Notes: generated by a model not told the origin, from the sequence alone. Positions 24,321-37,606 are shown, counted from the stretch's first letter. The stretch: DNA of 64,000 bases from Haliotis rufescens (GCF_023055435.1 NW_025963802.1:7874001-7938000), one strand, 5' to 3'. Program-made: numbers and translations.

Positions 24321-26480
24321 TTGTTTTCATTAGAAGAGAGAAATATTTATACGAACATTAATAACAAAACTTCACCCACGACGATTCACATTTAGTTTTG
24401 TCACCCCCCAAAATACAATTCTAAAACCTTATTTATCTATTTTACAAATATTGTATAACCTGAATATATCGTGAAATCCAAAGTAAATAGTTATGGATAA
24501 TCATTGTTAGATAAATGGTATCTGACAGACACTCGCGTAGTAATCTCTATGGGAAGATCTAGAGACCATATTTGGAGAATATTGGTTTACATTGGTTGGA
24601 GACGACAAATTGGTTAAAGCATTTCTTATTAACTTTTTGTGAAAAAACTAATTGGGTCCGACACCATAGATAATAAAAAAATGTAATTTGTATAACTAAA
24701 GCAGTGCGAGTGACCGCGTGCTGTTTAGACAATGATGATAACAGGTACACCTAGTCGACGGGAAAGTTCTGCACTATTTTGATTCCCTCTCGCGTTTTAA
24801 CAGAACTCTACTCAAACGTTTTCCATGGTCAGTAATAAGCGCGTTTGCTCATAGCAGAGACCATTAAATGTATTTTGTTGCCGCCGGATATATTTAACGT
24901 TGTTTAATATGACGTATGTCTTATTTCTTTTTAAGTGTGGCAGTTACAGGTTTTGTTTTACTGTCAACTAACCAGTAATATACCAGTAGTATGTAGTGTA
25001 TATAATACATAGTGTAGTTAGTATTAGCATTAGTATTATTATTAATATTAGTATTTAGTATTAGTATTTAATATTAGTATTAAGTATTTGTTTGCAGTAT
25101 GGGTTTTATGGATTTTAATGAAGATTTGATACAACACCTTTTAACTTAGTTATGCTTGGGTCAGTCACTACCCTATCAGCTCCTTTGTGTCAGCCAGGGC
25201 AAATGTTCTGGTTGAGTGGTTGACCCTATTGTTTTCCTTAGGGTCTGTTGTTTGAATATGTTTATGAGGCTATTATCATATATGTGTTAAATGTATTGTA
25301 AGTGTGTGGACATTTATGATAGTTTTAGGATGTTTAGTAATTTATTGTGTTTTATAGTAGTGCTGTGTTCAGATCTGTAAATATGTATAAACAGTACCAC
25401 TGATTTGATAATAATGTCCACACGTGCAAGAGCATTGTGTAAGGAAGCTAGTTTTATTGTACATTTAGAATAACTTCCATATTTATAGGTACTTTGATGT
25501 CACTGTAGCCCTGGCCATGTAGTCGTGACAGACTAAAGTGTAACATACACCTAGAGGCCATACTTCTGGTATGTTTACTTGTCACCAAATGTAAATATAT
25601 ATTATTAATATGTTTATCTATTGATCACGTTTTACACCACCTAAGAAGTATTTTGATTTGATGTATGCATATACTATATGTATGTATAATGTAATTCTAA
25701 TGATGTATCATGTTCTGACGTATACATATCCTCTATAATATATATACGGTAATCCTAATGAAGTATCATGTTCTCATTTTAATTGTCATAATTAACAAAA
25801 TTCTTATTGAGTGTTATTGTGCATTTCAGGGTGTGAAAGAAAGGTATACCACTCGTCATCTAATAAAACGAATCACACCCGTAGCTGTGTTTTTGACATC
25901 ATTTATCGATGCACACACATATTCTGCTACAAAATGGAGCCCCCAGTGAGGACCTTGATGATTTAGTGTGGATCTGACGACTACATGTGGGAATGAACAG
26001 TGATGGTTTGCCCGGGATGCCATAGTGCTTGAATAGTTGATTATTTCAGCCTTTCGCGTTATCTAAAATACGTATTGTCATATAGGCCTACGCGTTATCA
26101 CGTTTATCGTGGCATGATTAGTGACTCTTGATTGTGACATTCGTGAAATATGTGTTCGGACTATTCCTTGTAAGTACGTGGAAACGAGATGCTTGGCCAC
26201 TTTCACAGATCGCGGGATCCCCTTGACGCGCCGTGTTGTCGTGATTTGAAAATATACCGGTGATCACTGATTGTGTTGTTTATTTAATTTGATCCATTTG
26301 AAATATATTTCCTGTTGTTTTCATGCTTTGGTATACCATGGTTTATTATAGTAATGCTGGCATATTCAATCTCAGTTTCAAGTTTAGTGTGAATGAGTCT
26401 TGTGTTGTGAGGGATAGTAAATAAATTATTAACTTTCACTTCAAAGAAACATAAACCTAACTTACCCTAAAGCTACGTAA

Positions 26481-27876
26481 ATAGAGGTTATCACGCGAGT
26501 GTGTTTGGGGATGGTAAATATCCTGCATTAGGAATAAACATTGTATTATACGAGCCTTGGCGAGCTAAATACATAGTGTTCATTCCTAATACAAGATATT
26601 TACCATCCCCAAACAAACAAGCGTGATAACCTCTTTATCATATAATGTCATTCTTTAATTCTGTACTTCAAAATCGCTTTCCCTCTCTCACAAACATTAC
26701 CGAAACATTGCGAGTTTTCCTGGAATGCGCGCATTAATATTTATTACGTCACAGGGTAAGTGATGTATCAGTCGGACAGTGACAGTAGCCATTATAGTTC
26801 CAACTGAAATCTATTTCTTATACAGTGGCGAAGCAACATAAACGCAAAACAACAATTGTTTTTAATTGCCTTTCGCGGCAATCCATCGGTCTGTCCGCTA
26901 GAGTAACTGCCCTTTGTCAAAGGGAAGCTACTCTAACCCTAGTCTATGAGACGTCACGGCAACGGTCAGACTTTGTTGACAGTCGGTCTGCCCTGTCATA
27001 ACATTAAGAAGTGTAGACAGATGTACACACAGCGACGAAACGAAACAAGGTAACAATTCAAATATATTTCGGCTAAGTCCAAATATTATAATTTGTGGAG
27101 AAGGTTTCAAGCCGCAGAGGTCTACAAGCACAGATATGGCTACTGCTTGGCTAGGCCTCGTGCCCTCGCAAAATTGTTTCGAAATTTATATATCTCCAAA
27201 GTTGCCAAAACTTATAAAATGCCTTATCTACGTCACAGTTAAACACTGATTTTCAGTATATTAGACTGTTCTTTTGATAATGATAGCAATTATCCCTGTA
27301 GTTTATCCAGATTCCCGATGGTTAATTCTGACTCGATCGCCGAATGACGAGGGCGACGCCATGTTTGTTTATAAACAGTGAAAGTAGTCCCTACTTGATC
27401 TTTGATATTTGCATCTCTATCCGCATATGACCCCAACGGATATCGTTTTTATCCGTTGGCTTTATCCTGCCGAGAAACCTACCCATTATATGATGAATAC
27501 TTATACCTTCACCTATATAGATGCACGTGGCCGAGCCCTGCCGGAAAAGGGATCGTCTGCAACGAAGCTTCAAGAAAGGTAAAATCCCTAGTTCTGAGCT
27601 GACAGTCGCGGACCGCATTTTAGAATAACACTACGCAGATCGTGCCGGACGATCACACTGTTCGCAGCGCCACTGTAGTGATTTTACTTCCGCGAACAAT
27701 ATGGTGATTAACTGCTCTGATGGTTCCGCCAATTAATAGTGTGATCGTCCGGCACGATCTGCGTAGTGTTATTCTAAAATGCGGTCCGCATCTTGGCCTC
27801 GGCTGCCCGAACACTTCCGAGGGAAACTGAATGTCTCCGACGGAAGAAGAGATCGCCTCACACAACTGACATTATA
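26481..27876. mobile_element. Hairpin-ended non-autonomous element (Crypton-like by inference), copy A
   Basis: Imperfect hairpin of about 155 bp (26481-26635), then TTATCATATAATGTCA; partial inverted match TGACATTATA at 27867-27876; sits at the Gypsy LTR/leader boundary. Confidence 0.55.
27608..27789. repeat. Perfect 52-bp inverted repeat with 78-bp spacer
   Basis: 27608-27659 is the exact reverse complement of 27738-27789. Confidence 0.95.
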
Positions 27877-28040
27877 GCACGTATCAATTACTCACCATGC
27901 ATACTAACATTTGCTATTTAGTAATTTAGTATTGTTTTGGGTCATGTATTTCTAATAGGATTAATGTTATATAGTTTGACCTTAGTTATTAGTTAGTCAG
28001 TGGGGTTGAACTCAAATAGGATAGATATCACGGTACAGTA

Positions 28041-30727
28041 TCCTCGTGTCATGGAAGTTCGATCACTTACGAAAAGTCGCTGAATATTCATAGTAACATT
28101 CATATAATCTTTTTTTCAAATATCTTACCTGTGAACTTGTTTATTTATGACAAACATTTCCCAAATCCACGTATTTCCATTGAAATTTACACTCGCGGCA
28201 TGGCCGCCCTCTCACTGTCAACAGAAGTGACCCAGAAAGCTACGTCACACAAGTTCGATCATTTGATTGGTTGGCTTGTCGCATAACCGGGATGACATGT
28301 ATGGACGATCTCTTGTGTCAAAATTCGAATTAGAACAGTCCGCAGTCGTTTTATTACATCTTTGTCCATCAAACGTTCATTTTATGTTTTAATATTGAAA
28401 AAAAACCGATGAAAAGTCACAAATATCCAGATTATTTACAAGGTTGATGCAGGGAGTTATTCTTCGGGCTCATCGTGACAGGGGCACCAAAACTCAGAAT
28501 GTCGACGCACAACACGAACTGGCGTGCAGAAACGTAAATGTGTCCAGTGCTGACATGTAGGGTGGGTACATTGTGCCCAGGTTGTTATGATCAGGGAGAC
28601 ATTAGCTCGAACCTCATCAGGTACAAATTTGCTACATTTGCAGCACAGTTCGTCATCACTTGTCACATCACTATCAAAACTATCGTCCTGATGCGCGTTG
28701 GACCGTGAAGTTCCAGTACTTGCATTCGTTGCAGTGACAGTATTTATTTTTTTTAAAGATTTACTTGGTTTAGGCGCTTGCTTTCTCTTTTTGGGTGCCG
28801 ATTTCACAGCCTGGTGGGAAATAATTTTATTCAGAATGACGTCTTCGGTGATGGCCTTGCCCCCGACAACAGTGCTCAGAACGTTTCTCTTTTTAGTAGG
28901 CACAGCTTTCTTGAAAAGTACAGTCGTCTTGTCTTTAAAGAATCCTGCTACATCATTGCCCTCAGTAGGTGAAGTGACAACCTTGTCTCCAACTGGCACA
29001 CATGAATCAATAACACCAGTATCAGGATGCAGCAAAGGTTCAGTCGACTTAAAAACTGTTGATGGCGCAAAGTTGATATTGGCGGTGGAAGACTTGTCAA
29101 ATGGATAGACTCCACATTTCCTGAAAGAGGATTGCAGATTTGTTGGTGTCAGCGACAGGTTATAAGCTCTACAGCCAAGTTCACAAACAGAATGTTTATC
29201 AACTGAACTTGTGGCATTTTCCCGCATATACTTATGACAGAGGTTGTTGTAAATTTTAGCAAAAGGTCCAAAGCAACCAACATCCATTGGCTGTAAAACA
29301 TGGGACGTGTGTGCAGGCAGTACAAACAAAATAATGTGATGTTGACGTGCCCGTTCGATGAGTGGAATAGATACGTGGGATCTATGACCATCATACACAA
29401 TAAGAAGTGGACTATCTGCAGACGCGGCGACAGCATGCTTCAGGAAATGCTCTGTCAGATAGTGCTGAAAAATCTCAGTGTTTGACCAGCCAGAGTCGCT
29501 TACAGTGCCTGCTGCTCCAGGGGTACTTCCTGAAAGGAGTTCTTCCCGCATCCTCTTGCCCTTGAATACAAAATACGCTGGTATAGAACTACCAGACGCA
29601 TTGCCGCAACCTATAACCGTTGTAGTACTTGATCTTGATGTTGTGACTGCAGCTGGAGTACTCTGACTCGATGTAACAACTGATGGTGGGGTATGATGCT
29701 CCATAAGTCCCTTTTCGTCAACATTATAAATGCGATGAGGGCATGTCTTCAGGTTGTACTTATCCATGATGTGCCCAAGCTCATTAAAATAATGAGTGAT
29801 CGTCTCCTCTGAGGTAGCTTTTGCTCTCTGTATCTCAAGGGATCGTGGTTTCTTCACTGACAGATCAGGCCATCGCTTCATAAACCCATAGAACCACTGA
29901 AGTGATAGGGGTTGTTCATCCTTTGACTTCTTTCCAACATATATTGCTAGGTCTGTGGCAATAGTAGTAACTTCAGCCCTTGTATAGCCATACCCAAAAT
30001 TTGCCATGGCTTCAATATGTGAAACAAGTCCCTGTTCTTCTTCCATGGACAATAGTGGTTCTCTACCAGTGGTACTACATTCAATAGAAACCTTCCCACT
30101 CATCCTGTCATGCAGTGTAGCAAATGGAACAGCAAAGGTAGTGGCAGCTTTCCTAATTGCCATTCCATCTAAAACAGCATTATATGCCTTGTCTAGGGCT
30201 GCAGACAAATATTGCCTATATTGACCTCTTCTGGTTGGTTCACCATTGGTCAAAACCTGTAAAAATAAAGGTTTATTTTATATATCACCAAAACTCCAGA
30301 GACAGAAGTTCTCAAAAAGCATAACGTTTTCAATAAGAAATGACCCTAATTTGTTTCCATAGTTTTAAATTTTTTGCGAGCACATCACGTGTCTCATCAC
30401 GTGACATTTACACCATGAACGTAAACAAGCAGACGACAGGTGTGCCGTCGATTTACAACGTGTGCATTTATTACAATTGACATTTTATTTGAGCTGATCA
30501 AGTTACATTAGTGATCTCGGGTTAAAAAGTAGTTGTTTGCTGAATATGAGCTATTACTTACGTTTGGTAACTTGACACGAAGCATTTTCCGGTCCAAGCG
30601 AACGAAAGCAGTGTTGTCAGAAGATCAAAGCTGCAGGTACCGTAATTTCTCGTTACATTTCGCGAGAAATATCATTCAAAATGGCCGATCGAAGTTACAT
30701 GTCGATCGAACTTGTGTGACTTGACGA
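28041..30727 (-). mobile_element. pogo-type (DD35D) DNA transposon, apparently intact
   Basis: Imperfect TIRs of about 24 bp ending in AAGTTCGATC, TA on both sides, repeated sub-terminal motif, intact ORF. Confidence 0.88.
28457..30585 (-). CDS. Transposase, join(30562-30585, 28457-30256), 607 aa: psq-type HTH, CENP-B HTH, DDE_1 (DD35D), C-terminal PHD-like finger
   Basis: IRKAA..F.VP..TLHDR; IYNVDEKG; YDGHRSH-35-QPMD; CxxC…WAQC…CxxWxHxxC…CPC. Micro-exon MLRVKLPN splices in frame (GTAAGT / TTTTTACAG). Confidence 0.9.
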
Positions 30728-31358
30728 TATCATATTAATTCAGTATTATTGGTGTTATATTTAACCTTGTAGTAGTTAGCCATTTAGTAACTTAGTCACA
30801 TTAAGTAATTAAAGTTACTTATTCCTATACAGTTGCTTAGTACTACAAATACCTACCTTACATTGTGTTTCCGTTACAGGTATCATACAATAAGTACAAT
30901 GTGTTGCTGTCACATGTATAACTGCATTACACTTCCTTAACCACAAGAGGGTGGTGAGGTGAAGTAATTGCTGTTATCAAATGACAGTGTAATGTTGTGA
31001 TAGTTCATTAAGAGGTGGTATTATCGGGTCATAAAAGGTAACTTTTGAAACTGCTTTCACCTAAACTGTTCTGTACTTACACTGTACAATGTACTTTGCT
31101 TTATAGTTGGACGACAACTATGTTTACTTAAACCAATTTAAACCAAAATTAAACCATCTAATCCAATTTAAACCCAAACCGTACATACATACACACTGAG
31201 CGTCAACAAAACGACAGTTGTAACTGTTTTTCACTGTACGTTTATAGAATGACAGTTGTATCCGTGCTACACTTAGCGTGGTTTTCAGTCAGTTTTAGTT
31301 GTTGACTCTGATAGTCATTGCAAACAATTCATTCTTGGACAAATATTCATTTATAAGG

Positions 31359-32493
31359 ATGGAACTCACTGGTGATGAATTGAAGAATATTGTCCTGGCT
31401 TTCAAGAAGTTAGGTGTTAAACCCAAAGCAGACACCCAGAGGACTTTGCAACATGGATGAAGGAATACTCTGCAGTCGAATCAGAGGAGGAATCGAAGGA
31501 GGGAATAGCCCAAGCTACAGCTCCACAGCCACCACCAGGCATGCCTACCTACATGTATCAGAAGTTTCCAAGACTTCCAAATTTCAGCGGTGACAAATCT
31601 GGCAAAGACACATCTTATGAAGTCTGGAGATACCATGTAGACTGTCTCATTAACAACAAGGTTTATTCCTCTGATGCTAAGGACCAAACTATAAGGGATT
31701 CCTTAAAGGGGGAGGCGGCCAAGATTGCCGTTCACATGCAACCAGACGCCAGCACCACTGACTTACTTAGGAAGTTCAACAGCGTATTTGGTGTTGTGGA
31801 GAGGAAAGAGTGCAGTATGGCACACTTCTACAGCACTCGGCAGGAAGAGAAAGAGGATGTATTTGTATGGAGTTGTAGACTAGAGGAACTTCTTTCAAGG
31901 GCCATGATGGATAACTCCATCACGTATGAGACACGGGATGGGATGCAGCATAATATGCTGTGGACTGGGCTTAAACCCTCTTTGAAAAATATATCTGGCC
32001 ACAAGTTTGACAGCATCCATAACTTTGTGGACTTACTGGAAGCACTACGTGAAATTGAGGCAGATCAACACAGCGCCACATCAGCTAGCCAACAGAAACA
32101 GGCATGTACCATCAAGAGAGCCATGGAGTTTGAACCAGAGTGGAAGAAGGAAATGTCTGATATGAAGACTATCCTACACCAACTTACTACAGACATGGCC
32201 GACATGAAAAACCAAAGACGACAGAGTTGGAGAACATCCCAGGACTAAGTGCCAAGGGGAGATAACCAGTAGAGGAGTTGACAGCCCTCCAACTATACTA
32301 ACCCAAGACCAGAAGGCCATACTGAATATTCGCCTTATTCATCCCAACGAGCAGGAAGTGAAGCAGCTGATCCAGAGTGTTGGCGATGTGGACAGAGAGG
32401 CCATTACCAGTATGGATGCCAAGTGAGACTCGAACACAGTCGTCGTGGGAGGACTTTAAACTCATGCAGGCCTATGGGCAGGGGCAAGCCATA
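31359..32493 (+). pseudogene. gag: Gypsy gag (PNMA-like capsid, CCHC knuckle CWRCGQRGHYQYGC), disrupted
   Basis: LPNFSG…SYEVWR…SLKGEA motif; frameshift and stop. Confidence 0.85.
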
Positions 32494-35400
32494 GGTCCTT
32501 CAAGACAGCCCAGGAAGAGAGTTCCTGAGGGATTAGTTGGAAATACGAATGAGGTTGATTTATATATGGGAGATACACAGGTCAGATCATTGTTGAATAC
32601 AGGAGCATCAGTATGTTTGGTGTCTAGGTCCTTCTACGATTCTCATCTCTCAAGTAGTCCGATTGAGCCCTTAGGAGATCTATGTGATATTGAATGCGCT
32701 GATGGCGAAACATTACCTTACGATGGCTTCATTGAGGTCAAGGTCAATGAATAGGTTCCGGTACTAGTGAAGCTATTCCTTGTTTGTTACTGGTGGTACC
32801 AGATACACAGTTCAATAGGAAAGTGCCTGTGCTATTAGGAACCAATGTGCTTACCCACTTCTTGAAGGTTTGCAAGGTACAACATGGTGCCAGATACTTG
32901 CAGCATGCCAACCTAACAACGCCTTGGTACCTTGGTTTTAGAACCATTAACTTATGTAGAACTTGGAGAAGAATGACTGGAGACTTGGACTAGTATACAA
33001 TGCTGATGGTTCCAGAGTTACCATACCAGCCAACAGCTGTGCAGTACTTAGAGGCCACGTTACCAAGGAGTTAGATGTCCAAGAGTTTGTGCCCTTTTAC
33101 AGCCAACAAACAGTTCATCCATTCCTACGGATTTGGACATAGCCCCTACAATTATTGATTATGACATCAGTTATCCTGGATACATAGACACGCATATTGC
33201 TAATGTTACCACACGTACTGTTGTGATACAACCGAGAGCGATTCTTTGTGAACTCCAACCAGTTACTTTACAACGTCCGCCCATTGGCAAGCCATTTGAA
33301 GGAGTTGCATTGACAGAGCAAGTTGAGATTGAACACAGTACCCTAACACCAGAAGAGTTTGAGAGAGGGATACAAGTCATCATGAAGTTTCGTGATATAT
33401 TCTCAAAAGGTGAAGAGGACATAGGCCATTCAGATGCAGTCAAGCATAGGATAGATCTTGTTGATGATGTCCCCTTTTAACAGCGACACCGGCGTGTACC
33501 ACCTGCCATGTATAATGAAGTCCGGACACATCTTCAACAACTCTTATCTGCTGGAGTGATACGACATTCTCATAGCCCATGGGGATGGAATGTTGTATTA
33601 GCACGGAAGAAGTCAGGCCAGCTGAGGATGTGTGTTGACTTCAGACAGCTGAATCGTAAGACCATCAAGGATTCCTATGCTCTTCCCCGGATTGAAAAAC
33701 TCTTGGATTGTCTCAGAGGGATGAAATATTACAGTGTCCTGGACATGAAGAGTGGTTACCACAAGGTTGAGTTGGAGGAGGACCATAAGCAGCGTACAGC
33801 ACTCACAGTTGGGCCTCTTGGATTCTTTGAATACCATTGTATGCCATTTGGTTTATGCAATGCACCGGCGACTTACCAACGTCTAATGGAACAGTGTCTC
33901 GTTGGATTACATCTTGATATATGTTTAATCTATCTTGACGATCTGATTATCTTTTCAAGAACATTTGAGGAACATCTGGAGCGACTGGAACGTGTCCTAC
34001 AGAGATTGAGGCAATGTGGTTTGAAGCTAGCCCCAAAGAAATGCCAATTCTTCAAAAGACGTGTGAAATATGTGGGATATATAGTATCTGAAGATGGAAT
34101 TGAGGCAGATCCAGAAAAGATAAACAAGATTCAGGACTGACCAACACCTTGCACACCATAGGACGTCAGAAAATTCTTTGGATTTGCTGGTTACTATAGG
34201 AAGATTGTGCGGAACTTTTCAACAATTGCCAAGCCTCTTTCAGAACTAATGCCAAAGATTCATCGAAAGAAATCTCACAGTCCTAAGAGAGAGCAAGTTC
34301 AGTGGCAGTGGGAACCGACTCAAGAGAGTGCCTTTCAAGAACTCAAGACGTGTCTATCTACTCCTCCCCTTTGAATTGCACACAGATGCCAGCAGTCATG
34401 GTCTTGGAGCAGTGCTATACCCGTGAGTAACAGAATGGACAGCCAAGAGTGATTGCTTATGCCAGCAAGGGACTTCGCAAGTCGGAGCGCCACTATTCTG
34501 CCGACAAGCTTGAGTTTTTGTGCTTGAAATGGTCCATTTGTGAGAAGTTCCATGATTATCTTTATGGACAGAACTTCACTGTACTGACGGATAACAATCC
34601 ACTCACTTATATCCTCACTAGTGCCAAGCTGGATGCCACCGGACACAGATGGTTAGCTGCCCTTGCATCGTACAACTTTGACATCAAATACAGAGCAGGA
34701 AAAGCCAATGTCGATGCTGACATACTATCTAGGCTGCCAGAGTCCAGTGAAGTAAACGAGAAAGTGGATGTGATTTCTCAAGACTCCTTACATGCTATTT
34801 ATCTACAAATCTGTTGGAATGTGTTTGTTTTTCAGATGATGCTTTGCCTGATGAAGAACTAAACATCACTGAAGAAACCTGTTCCATCATTGCTACAGAC
34901 TGGCGGAGAGCCCAAACAAGAGATCCAGCTCTAGACATTATCATGACCCATCTTAGGAATCGAACAAGACCACATTTCACAGACTACACTGGAGTGAGTG
35001 AGTATAGTTTTACGCCGCTTCTAGCAATATTCCAGCAATATCACGGCGGGACTACACTGGAAATACAGAGATGATTACTTTACTGAAGAGCCTTAACCAC
35101 TTCAAGCTGAAGAGAGGTGTGCTCTACCGAGTAATCCAAGACAATGGAGAGGTACAGGAACAGTTAGTGCTACCAAAAAGATGCCGTAAAGGAGCGCTGC
35201 ATAGTCTTCATGACAATGTGGGTCACCCTGGTCGAGATCGAACATCTTCATTGATAAAAGCAAGATTCTACTGGCCAGGGATGACAAAGGATATAGAGGG
35301 ACATGTACAGAATTGTGAACGGTGTACAAGACGCAAGACTACCCCAGGAAGAGACCCATTAGTGAACATACAAACATCACAACCTCTGGAATAAGTCTGT

Positions 35401-36850
35401 ATGGACTTTTTGACACTGGAACCATCCAAGGGCGGAAAACAACACATTCTTGTAATCACCGATCACTTCACCAGATATGCACAGGCGTATCCAACCAGAA
35501 ATATGACTGCCAAGACCACTGCTGATGTATTCTTTCACAACTTTGTGGTGCATTATTGATTACCTGTGCGTTTTCATTTAGATCAAGGTGCCAACTTTGA
35601 AGGAGCTCTTATGAAAGAACTGTGCAGGTACACCAACATGCAGAAGTCTCGCACTGCGCCCTATCATGCCATGGGTAATGGCATGTGCGAACTGTTTAAC
35701 AGGACACTTCTCAACATGCTTGGTACACTTAACCCAGAGAGTAAGAAGGATTGGAAGAACCACGTTGGACCTTTGGTACATGCGTACAACAGCACAAGGC
35801 ATGAGGCTACAAATATTCACCATTGTATCTGATGTTTGGGAGAGCTCCAAGATTACCAGTAGACTTGGTATTTGATTCAGACATTGAGCCAGAGAAGTCG
35901 AGATCCATGTCTAAATACATCAGGAACCTCAAGGACAATCTACAACAGGCTTATGAACTGGCATCTGCCAATGCTAAGAGGTCTCAGACAAGGCACAAGT
36001 CAAACTACGACTACTGAGTGAGAGCAACCCAACTGGATAAAGCAGATAGAGTATTGGTGAAAAAGGTGGCATTCGATGGGGAAACATAAACTGTCAAACA
36101 AGTGGGAGGAGAATGTGTATATTGTAATTAAACAGCCAAATCCCAGCATTCCAGTTTATGTTGTACAGAAAGAGCCTGGAGATGGAAAAAACCGTACACT
36201 CCATAGGAATCTGCTTTTGGCCATCAGTTCCTTACCATTGGAGACACCGATTCCTAAGCCAAGACACTCAGACAGGACACTGCTTGGACCATGCCCCAAG
36301 GAAGACAGGAGTCCTTTGTCTGACAAAGATCAGGACCAGGAAGAAGAAACAGATGACATCACCATTGTTGTTTCTCGTGACCAATCAGACCCGTCAGTGT
36401 CAACTGATAATCCAGATGACAGGCCGACTGAGGGAGAAGCACAAGACAGTGCTGTTCTGGATGAGGTCGTGACAGGAGAAGAGGAAGTGGTAGATACTGC
36501 TGAAGATGTCCACAGCTCTGACGCCCAAGGAACGGAGCAGGATGCAGACTCTTCACAGAATGAACCACAGACTCCTGAAGTCGGTCCTGGTGACACACAG
36601 ACCCAGCCCTAGGTCGCAGTCTCACCTATACCAGCACCAAGGAGATCTACCAGAGAGAGAACAAGACCAGCATGGCAGACCAGAGGAGATTATGTAATGT
36701 CTGCATTATCTCCATCATCATCATCACCATCACCATCATCAGACTGGCTTGGTTGTGCAGAGTACCTCAGCTCCCTAATGGCTAAGGGTGTATTTGCAGG
36801 CAGATCAGAGAAGGTACTTGATGCGTTGGTCAACTTGGTAGCTGGTTTAC
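32455..36850 (+). pseudogene. pol: Gypsy pol (protease, RT, RNase H, integrase), disrupted
   Basis: LLNTGAS, LRMCVDFRQLN, MPFGL.NAPATYQR, YLDDLIIF, TDNNPL, HPGRD..C..C, DQGANFE, GNGMCE; several stops and frameshifts. Confidence 0.92.
34994..35049 (-). mobile_element. 5'-truncated (CACT)n-tail SINE inserted in Gypsy pol
   Basis: 12-bp TSD GACTACACTGGA at 34982-34993 and 35050-35061. Confidence 0.9.
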
Positions 36851-37130
36851 AAGCAAGAATGATGAGGACGTCATTAAACAGGAAGGGGAAGTGTGTGGCA
36901 GTTACAGGTTTTGTTTAACTGTCAACTAACCAGTAATATACCAGTAGTATATGGTGTATATAATACATAGTGTAGTTAGTATTAGTATTAATATTAGCAT
37001 TAGTTATTTGTGTCGGTATAAGTATATAGTGTATATGTTAGTGTTTTGTTTTCCTTAGGGTCAGCTTTGCATGCTTTTTAACCCTCAGTCACTACACAGA
37101 CAAGTCGCTGATAGACGACAGCAAGTGGAC

Positions 37131-37606
37131 ACCAGTAACAAACAAGGAATAGCTTCACTAGTACCGGAACCTATTGCATTGACCTTGACCTCAATGAAGC
37201 CACCGTAAGGTAATGTTTCGCCATCAGCGCATTCGATATCCAATAGATCTCCTAAGGGCTCAATAGGACTACTTGAGAGATGAGAATCGTAGAATGACCT
37301 AGACACCAAACATACTGATGCTCCTGTATTCAACAATGATCTGACCTGTGTATCTCCCATATATAAATCAACCTCATTCGTATTTCCAACTAATCCCTCA
37401 GGAACTCTGTTCCTTGGCTGTCTTGAAGGACCTATGGCTTGCCCCTGCCCATAGGCCTGCATGAGTTTAAAGTCCTCCCACGACGACTGTGTTCGAGTCT
37501 CACTTGGCATCCATACTGGTAATGGCCTCTGTCCACATCGCCAACACTCTGGATCAGCTGCTTCACTTCCTGCTCGTTGGGATAAATAAGGCGAAAATTC
37601 AGTATG
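37131..37606 (-). repeat. Inverted duplicate of Gypsy gag-end/protease segment 32318-32796
   Basis: Reverse-complement match with few differences. Confidence 0.93.

Larger units (their letters stand above)
24936..37063 (+). mobile_element. Decayed Ty3/Gypsy LTR retrotransposon with long LTR, carrying nested insertions
   Basis: 5' LTR starts TGTGGCAGTTACAGG at 24936 (to about 26477). The same sequence restarts at 36894 after PPT AGGAAGGGGAAG (36880-36891). gag-PR-RT-RH-IN order between them; 3' LTR truncated. Confidence 0.88.

Noticed and set aside
24745-24775. 5' UTR exon donor and NF-kB-like site GGGAAAGTTC for the PARP gene
   Set aside because: Short imperfect motifs expected by chance; needs transcript data.
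26481-30727. Hairpin elements as the true termini of the pogo transposases
   Set aside because: Each pogo has its own TIR motifs and TA flanks; copy A lies outside the hairpin element.
36697-36918. Extra env-like ORF in the Gypsy element
   Set aside because: Short, no signal peptide or clear transmembrane pattern; likely the frameshifted pol tail running into the PPT and LTR.
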